From: an uncultured delta proteobacterium
GTDB lineage: Bacteria; Myxococcota_A; UBA9160; SZUA-336
Length of the DNA: 64,000 nucleotides
Assembly: GCA_963704165.1 (NCBI GenBank)
Contig: CAVPHD010000004.1
Coordinates: 384,001 to 448,000 of the forward strand
Direction: 5' to 3'
Position 1 is the first letter of the stretch; each line of letters begins with the position of its first letter. Made by a program: the position numbers and the translations under genes. Shown here piece by piece: positions 58,726-64,000 of this stretch. Below the pieces are notes generated by a model. It made no database searches. It worked only from the letters and a program-made list of their open reading frames with translations, and was not told the origin of the DNA.

Positions 58726-59571
58726 GTGAAGGACGCCGCCACCGATCTCGAGCTCGAGCGCTACCGCCGTGACGGCTATTTCGTGCGCGAGCGCGTCCTC
58801 GGCCGGGCCGACCTCGAGCGCCTGCGCGGCGCGGTCGAGCGCGTGCACCGGTGCGTCGGGGCGGCGGCGGCGGAGCCGGGCGCGGCCGGCGTCGAGCGCA
58901 TCGACGGCAAGCGCTACCAGGATCTGCTCGGCTCGCTCGTGAAGTGGGAATGGCAGGAGGAGCGCGCGGACGTGCGCTCGATGGAGCCGTTCCTGCACCT
59001 CGATCCGGAGCTCGAGGCGATCGTCGACGATCCGCGGCTCTGGCGGCCCGCGACCGCTCTCTGCGGCGCGGACGAGCTCGCGCTCTTCACCGACAAGCTG
59101 AACTTCAAGCGCCCGGGCGGGGCGGTCTTTCCCTGGCACCAGGACAGCCCGTATTTCGTCTTCGATTGTCCGCACGTCGATCGGCTGGTGTCGCTGCAGG
59201 TCTACCTGGACGACGCGACGGTCGAGAACGGTTGCCTGTGGATGATCCCCGGCTCGCACGCGCACGGCCGCCTGCCGTGCTTCGAGGATCAGGGCACGCT
59301 CGGCCGCCTCTACACCGATGTGGATCGGGCGCTTCCCGGCGCCGAGTTCGTGCCGATCGAGGCCCCCGCGGGCTCGGTGATCTTCTTCAACGGCGACGTC
59401 GTGCACGGCTCGCGCCGCAACCGCACGCAGGCGAGCCGGCGCGCCTTCGTGCTGACGTATCAGCCGGCCGGGTTCGCGCAGTTCCGCAGGCCCGGCGAGC
59501 GGCGCGTCAGCTTCGCAGCCGGATCAGCCCTTCTTGAACCACCGACGCGACCAGCTCTCCCTCGCGTGTGA
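58726..59571 (+). CDS. Phytanoyl-CoA dioxygenase (PhyH) family protein
   Basis: YRRDGY, WHQD, NGCLWMIPGSH, VHGS..N...RR. Confidence 0.88.
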   Translation: MKDAATDLELERYRRDGYFVRERVLGRADLERLRGAVERVHRCVGAAAAEPGAAGVERIDGKRYQDLLGSLVKWEWQEERADVRSMEPFLHLDPELEAIVDDPRLWRPATALCGADELALFTDKLNFKRPGGAVFPWHQDSPYFVFDCPHVDRLVSLQVYLDDATVENGCLWMIPGSHAHGRLPCFEDQGTLGRLYTDVDRALPGAEFVPIEAPAGSVIFFNGDVVHGSRRNRTQASRRAFVLTYQPAGFAQFRRPGERRVSFAAGSALLEPPTRPALPRV

Positions 59572-60364
59572 AGACGCTGCCGCGGTTGAAGCCGCGCGCG
59601 CCCGCGGCGCGCGGGCTGTCCTGCGCGTAGAGCAGCCACGCGTCGGCGCGGAAGGGGCGGTGGAACCACATCGCATGGTCGAGGCTCGCGGTCTGTAGCT
59701 TCTCGCTCCACCACGAAACTCCGTGCGGAAGGGCGCTCGTGTCGAGCAGCGTCAGGTCGGAGGCGTAGGCCAACACACATTGGTGGAGCGCCCGATCGTC
59801 CGGCAGCGTGTCGACGGCGCGGAACCAGACGTTCTGGAACGGCGGTCGCTTCTCGGGCGCGAACTCGTCGATCGGGTCGATCGGCCGAACCTCGATCGGA
59901 CGCTCGCGCAGGAACGTCGCGCGCATCTTCTCGGGAATCCGGTCCGCCTGCTTCTCGCGCAGCTGGACCTCGTTCAAGAGCCCCTCGGGCCCCGGCACGT
60001 CGGGCATCTCGATCTGGTGTTCGAGTCCGGGCTCGTCGATCTGGAACGACGCCGCGAGGTTGAAGATCGCCTTGCCGTGCTGGATCGCGACCACGCGCCG
60101 GGTCGTGAAGCTCTTCCCGTCGCGAATCCGGTCGACGTCGTACAGGATCGGCACCTTCGGATCGCCCGGCCGCAGGAAGTACGCCGAGAACGAGTGCGCC
60201 GCACGCCCCTCGACGGTCCGCCCCGCCGCGACCAGCGCCTGCCCGAGCACCTGCCCGCCGAAGACCCGCTGCCAGCCGTCCTGCGGGCTGCGCCCGCGGA
60301 ACAGATTGACCTCGATCTGCTCGAGATCGAGAAGCTCGATCAGCTGCTGGAGTACCCGCCTCAT
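59507..60364 (-). CDS. tesB: Acyl-CoA thioesterase II
   Basis: RVFGGQVLGQAL, RDGKSFTTRRV, AYASD, SLDHAMWFH, QEGLIR. Confidence 0.95.
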   Translation of the reverse strand: MRRVLQQLIELLDLEQIEVNLFRGRSPQDGWQRVFGGQVLGQALVAAGRTVEGRAAHSFSAYFLRPGDPKVPILYDVDRIRDGKSFTTRRVVAIQHGKAIFNLAASFQIDEPGLEHQIEMPDVPGPEGLLNEVQLREKQADRIPEKMRATFLRERPIEVRPIDPIDEFAPEKRPPFQNVWFRAVDTLPDDRALHQCVLAYASDLTLLDTSALPHGVSWWSEKLQTASLDHAMWFHRPFRADAWLLYAQDSPRAAGARGFNRGSVFTREGELVASVVQEGLIRLRS

Positions 60365-60382
60365 CCGGCGAGGTGTTCTAGA

Positions 60383-61078
60383 TCAATCGCGGGCCCTGCG
60401 AAAGCCCAGGGCGACCAGGCCGACGAGCATCGCCGCGCCCAGCGCCCCCGGGCCCGGCTCCGGAACGGTCACGGAGAGGTTCTCGATCGTCCCGTTGACG
60501 TAAACTGTTTCGATGCTGCCGTTCGAGAAGTTCCAGTACATCTCCGCTACCGGGAACGACTCCAAGATCCACGGGACATCGGAGAGGGCAGACGAAGCGA
60601 GCGGCTCTCCGCTCGAGTCGCCAGCGAGCTCGACACCGAAGAGGTCAGGCGCCAGATCCGGTCCCGTCGGCCTGTCGATGACCCACGCTTGCCAGTAGAC
60701 CTGGCTCCAGATTACCTCGTAGTCGATCAGGGTGATCGAGAAGATGCCGAACTCGGGCGCGTCGGGATCGATATACGTCGCGTCGAACACGAAATCCCCG
60801 ACCTCGCTGTGGAACTCGGCCTCACTTGGCGCGAACGCATAACTGGCGTGCCCCGGCTCCTCCCTGATAGGCGGGACCGCGTCGTCGAAGACGAGATACG
60901 CGCTGAACGGCGTTCCAGGCTCGATCGATCCGCCGATCGACCCGATCGGATCCTCCATGGACCCGCTACCCAGTACCGAGTCGACGGTGCCCGAGAAGTC
61001 GACCCGAACCGTGACTGCCTGGGCCATTGGACTCGCGCCGGCAATCAGGAGGGCCGTGACGAGAGCTCGTGCCTGCAT
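60383..61078 (-). CDS. Acidic secreted PEP-CTERM sorting domain protein
   Basis: Signal peptide (AQA), C-terminal VPEP, hydrophobic helix and RRARD. Confidence 0.85.
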   Translation of the reverse strand: MQARALVTALLIAGASPMAQAVTVRVDFSGTVDSVLGSGSMEDPIGSIGGSIEPGTPFSAYLVFDDAVPPIREEPGHASYAFAPSEAEFHSEVGDFVFDATYIDPDAPEFGIFSITLIDYEVIWSQVYWQAWVIDRPTGPDLAPDLFGVELAGDSSGEPLASSALSDVPWILESFPVAEMYWNFSNGSIETVYVNGTIENLSVTVPEPGPGALGAAMLVGLVALGFRRARD

Positions 61079-61122
61079 TGGGACAGTCTACACCCATCTG
61101 CGTAGGCTGGGCGAGGGAATTT

Positions 61123-61556
61123 GCTGGAGGTGGACTGTAAGCCGGGTCCTGTTCCGCGCGTCCCTTGCGGGGCGTGCGGCGAGGATCATTCGTCTAGGCC
61201 CGCCGTTGCCGACGGGCTCGAGCACTCAGACCCGGACACCCCTCGAACCCGCGTCTCCGCGGGAAAGAGTTGAGACGGGCCATCTTCGTCGGTGTCCCTA
61301 TTCGAGCTTGCTCCGGGAGGGGTTTGCCTCGCCGCCGGTCACCCGGCTGTCGCGCGTGGGCTCTTACCCCACGATTTCAACCTTACCGCTGCGAACCCTA
61401 AGGCGCGCAGGTTGGCGGTGTGATTTCTGTTGCACTTTCCCTGAGGTCACCCTCGGTGGCCGTTAGCCATCTCCCTGCCCTGTGGAGCCCGGACTTTCCT
61501 CTTCCCGCGCGAGCCCGAAGGCCGGCGCGGGCAGCGATCCTCCATCCACCTCCAGC
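61123..61556 (-). ncRNA. rnpB: RNase P RNA (bacterial type A)
   Basis: Minus strand GAGGAAAGTCCGGGCTCC, GAAAGTGCAACAG and ACAGGACCCGGCTTACAG. Ends GCTGGAGGTGGA/TCCACCTCCAGC pair as helix P1. Confidence 0.97.
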
Positions 61557-61593
61557 GCGGCGAGTATAGTCACGCTCGGGAGGGAGCGCCGGA

Positions 61594-62808
61594 ATGCGAC
61601 GAGCCTTGATCGTGATCGGAATCAGCATCGCCGCCCTGGTGATCGCCTGTCAGGCGTTCTGGCCCGAGCGCTGGGCCGTGAACGTTCCCCTGCGGGGGGA
61701 GATCTTCGGCTCGGAGCCGCCGCCGAAGTCGGAGCTCGAGGCGCGGATGAAGGTTCCCGAGGGCTTCACGTTCGGCCTCTATGCCGACGGCATCCGGAAC
61801 GCGCGCGTCATGCGCTTCACGTCGACCGGCGATCTGCTCGTCTCGTCGCCGCGCGAGGGGAAGGTCTTCCTGCTCGAGCGCGACGCGGATGGCGACGGCC
61901 GCGCCGACGGCACGCGGGTTCTCGTCGAGGGACTCGAGCGTCCGCACGGGCTCGAGATCGTCGGCGACTGGCTCTACGTCGCCGAGGTCGGTGCGATCGT
62001 CCGCGTGCGCTTCGACGCCTCGACTCGCACGGTACGCGGCGAGCGCGAGACCGTGATCGACGCTCTGCCGACCGGCGGCAATCACTGGACCAAGACGATC
62101 GGGCTCGGACCCGACGGCGGGCTCTACGTCTCGATCGGCTCGACCTGCAACGTCTGCCTCGAAGAGGACGAGCGCCGCGCGACGATCGCCCGGATGCAAC
62201 CCGACGGCAGTGGCTTCGAGGTCTTCGCCACCGGGCTGCGGAACTCCGCCGGCTTCGACTGGCGGCCCGCCGATGGCGCCCTCTACGCGACCGACAACGG
62301 CCGCGATCTGCTCGGGGACGACTTCCCGCCCTGCGAGCTGAACCGGATCGAGCGGGGCCGCTTCTACGGTTGGCCGTTCGTGAACGGAATGGGCGTTCGC
62401 GATCCGGACTTCGGCGGCCAGGGTGGCGCACGTGCGGAGGCGGCTTTGTCGCCGGCGCACGGCTTCGGTGCACACACCGCCCCGCTCGGCATGCGCTTCT
62501 ACCGCGGGAATGCCTTCCCGCAGAAGTACCGTGGCCAGGCGTTCGCAGCGCTGCACGGTTCCTGGAACCGCACGACGAAGAGCGGATACAAGATCGTTCT
62601 CCTCGAATGGTCCAAAGACGGCAGTGAGATCTTCGAGTCGGACTTCCTCACCGGATTCGAGGTCGACGAGAACGTGATCGGCCGGCCCGTCGACGTGCAG
62701 GACGGTCCCGACGGCGCGCTCTACGTGTCGGACGACTTCGCGGGCGCGATCTACCGCGTGACGTACGCCGCTGATTTGCAGGAGACGGATCGCTCGCCTA
62801 GACCGTAG
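61594..62808 (+). CDS. PQQ-dependent sugar / sorbosone dehydrogenase family beta-propeller
   Basis: GGNHW, GSTCNVC, GLRNS, DNGRD, YGWP, AHTAPLG, HGSWN, GRPVDV. Confidence 0.9.
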   Translation: MRRALIVIGISIAALVIACQAFWPERWAVNVPLRGEIFGSEPPPKSELEARMKVPEGFTFGLYADGIRNARVMRFTSTGDLLVSSPREGKVFLLERDADGDGRADGTRVLVEGLERPHGLEIVGDWLYVAEVGAIVRVRFDASTRTVRGERETVIDALPTGGNHWTKTIGLGPDGGLYVSIGSTCNVCLEEDERRATIARMQPDGSGFEVFATGLRNSAGFDWRPADGALYATDNGRDLLGDDFPPCELNRIERGRFYGWPFVNGMGVRDPDFGGQGGARAEAALSPAHGFGAHTAPLGMRFYRGNAFPQKYRGQAFAALHGSWNRTTKSGYKIVLLEWSKDGSEIFESDFLTGFEVDENVIGRPVDVQDGPDGALYVSDDFAGAIYRVTYAADLQETDRSPRP

Positions 62809-62867
62809 CCGGAGCCATTCGGAACGCGCGGCTCCTCGCCGATAGGCCACTCATAGGAGTCCTTCGC

Positions 62868-64000
62868 CTGCTCGAGTCACGGATTCGCATTCTGGCTGCG
62901 CTCGTCTGTGCACTCGCGGCGGTGGTCCTCACCGGTGTCGCGCGCGCCGACCTGTCTGTGGAGCTTGCCGACGCGATCGCAGAGACGCGAAGCGCGTACC
63001 CGAAGCTCGTCGAGATCCGCAGCGGAGACCGGTTTCTCGAAAGCGTCGACGACGCTTCGCTCGAAGCGCTGGTCGCGCGCGTCGCGAACGGAGAGTGGGA
63101 CGCGCCGACCGAGTCGGCGATCTGGGTCGTGCTCGAGGGTTTCTCGCGCGAGCAAGGTCCGGCCGGAACTTACGGACGTTCGCTCACGAGCCGGATCGCG
63201 GGCACGGCCGCGGCCGGAGGGAATCGCGACGCCTTGCGCGGAATTTCGCGAATCCTCCGCCGCTTCCTCGAGGACCAGAGCCACGAGTATTCGATCCTCG
63301 CGCAGGGGCTGCTCTCCGAGAAGATCCGCTGTGGCGCGGCATCGCTCTCGGACGACGAGCTCGTGCGACAGATCACCGCCGAGGTGAATCCCGACAAGGA
63401 GCTCGCGCGCGGGACCACGGACGGCACGGTCGCGGATCGCTACGGACTGCACGATCGCGCCGACCTGTTCTCCGTCGCGGCGACCGGCGATCGCGTCGCG
63501 GTCGCGGGCTACTTCGGCAGCGTGATCGTCTCGCACGACGGCGGGAAGACCTGGGCCGCACCGAAGACGGGAACCGACGAGCCGCTCTACGTCGTGGCGT
63601 TCGGAGCGGAGGACGAGATCTGGGCCGCGGGGCGTGCGGGCGTGGTGATCCGTTCCGAAGACGGGGGACGGTCCTGGACGCGACGACCGACCCCGTTCGA
63701 CCGCCACGTCTTCGGTCTGTACGCGTCGGCGCCCGGCGAGGTGCTCGCCGTCGGCGATTACGGGCTCCAGCTCCGCAGCGTCGATGGCGGCGAGAACTGG
63801 GCGTGCATCCCGCGCGAGCAGGACGTGATCCTCGGCCGCATCGCGAAGGCGGGCGACGACGCCGTGACCGCCGGCGAGTTCGGTACGCTCGAGCGCTTGC
63901 CGGGCGGGAATCCGCCGGGTCGGCGCGGTGTGCTCAGCGGTGTGCCGGAGGATCTGTACGTCTTCGACGTGTGGCTCGACGCGTCCGGCCAGGTCGGCAT
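62868..64000 (+). CDS. Secreted YCF48/BNR-repeat beta-propeller protein, 3'-truncated (absent from the ORF track)
   Basis: Hand translation: signal peptide ...ILAALVCALAAVVLTGVARA/D, then SHDGGKTW, SEDGGRSW and SVDGGENW Asp-box repeats; open to window end. Confidence 0.82.
   Translation, partial: MLESRIRILAALVCALAAVVLTGVARADLSVELADAIAETRSAYPKLVEIRSGDRFLESVDDASLEALVARVANGEWDAPTESAIWVVLEGFSREQGPAGTYGRSLTSRIAGTAAAGGNRDALRGISRILRRFLEDQSHEYSILAQGLLSEKIRCGAASLSDDELVRQITAEVNPDKELARGTTDGTVADRYGLHDRADLFSVAATGDRVAVAGYFGSVIVSHDGGKTWAAPKTGTDEPLYVVAFGAEDEIWAAGRAGVVIRSEDGGRSWTRRPTPFDRHVFGLYASAPGEVLAVGDYGLQLRSVDGGENWACIPREQDVILGRIAKAGDDAVTAGEFGTLERLPGGNPPGRRGVLSGVPEDLYVFDVWLDASGQVG

Noticed and set aside
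59507..59571. 65-nt convergent overlap of the PhyH-like gene and tesB
   Set aside because: Short tail-to-tail overlaps are common in high-GC genomes; the PhyH extension looks non-conserved.

Overview
High-GC bacterial chromosomal DNA. A Myxococcota/deltaproteobacterial-like origin is inferred from gene content (PEP-CTERM proteins, multiheme cytochromes, Ser/Thr kinase, Cys-rich secreted protein). The window holds about 55 protein genes, tRNA-Thr(CGT) and RNase P RNA. Several otherwise intact genes carry single-base frameshifts, most likely long-read assembly errors. The stand-out locus (11.2-20.3 kb) is a predicted trans-envelope electron conduit resembling the PCC3 porin-cytochrome type: a His-rich inner-membrane protein, a 21-heme cytochrome c, a 19-20-heme cytochrome with recent 138-bp tandem duplications, a TPR/beta-barrel protein, a membrane-anchored 2x[4Fe-4S] flavoprotein that appears circularly permuted, and a secreted Sel1-ankyrin protein. 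The region downstream of tRNA-Thr (about 33-43 kb) is accessory and contains genuinely decayed gene fragments (EAL, SDR, cyclooxygenase-like peroxidase, amidase), a large Cys-rich secreted protein, an ATP-grasp/zinc-peptidase pair and an HxlR/CMD pair with twin palindromic operators. Other notable items are a biliverdin reductase A-like gene, a benzaldehyde lyase-like gene, a receptor-topology Ser/Thr kinase and a SnoaL protein with a histone-like tail. All family calls come from motif recognition by eye; no database searches were run.
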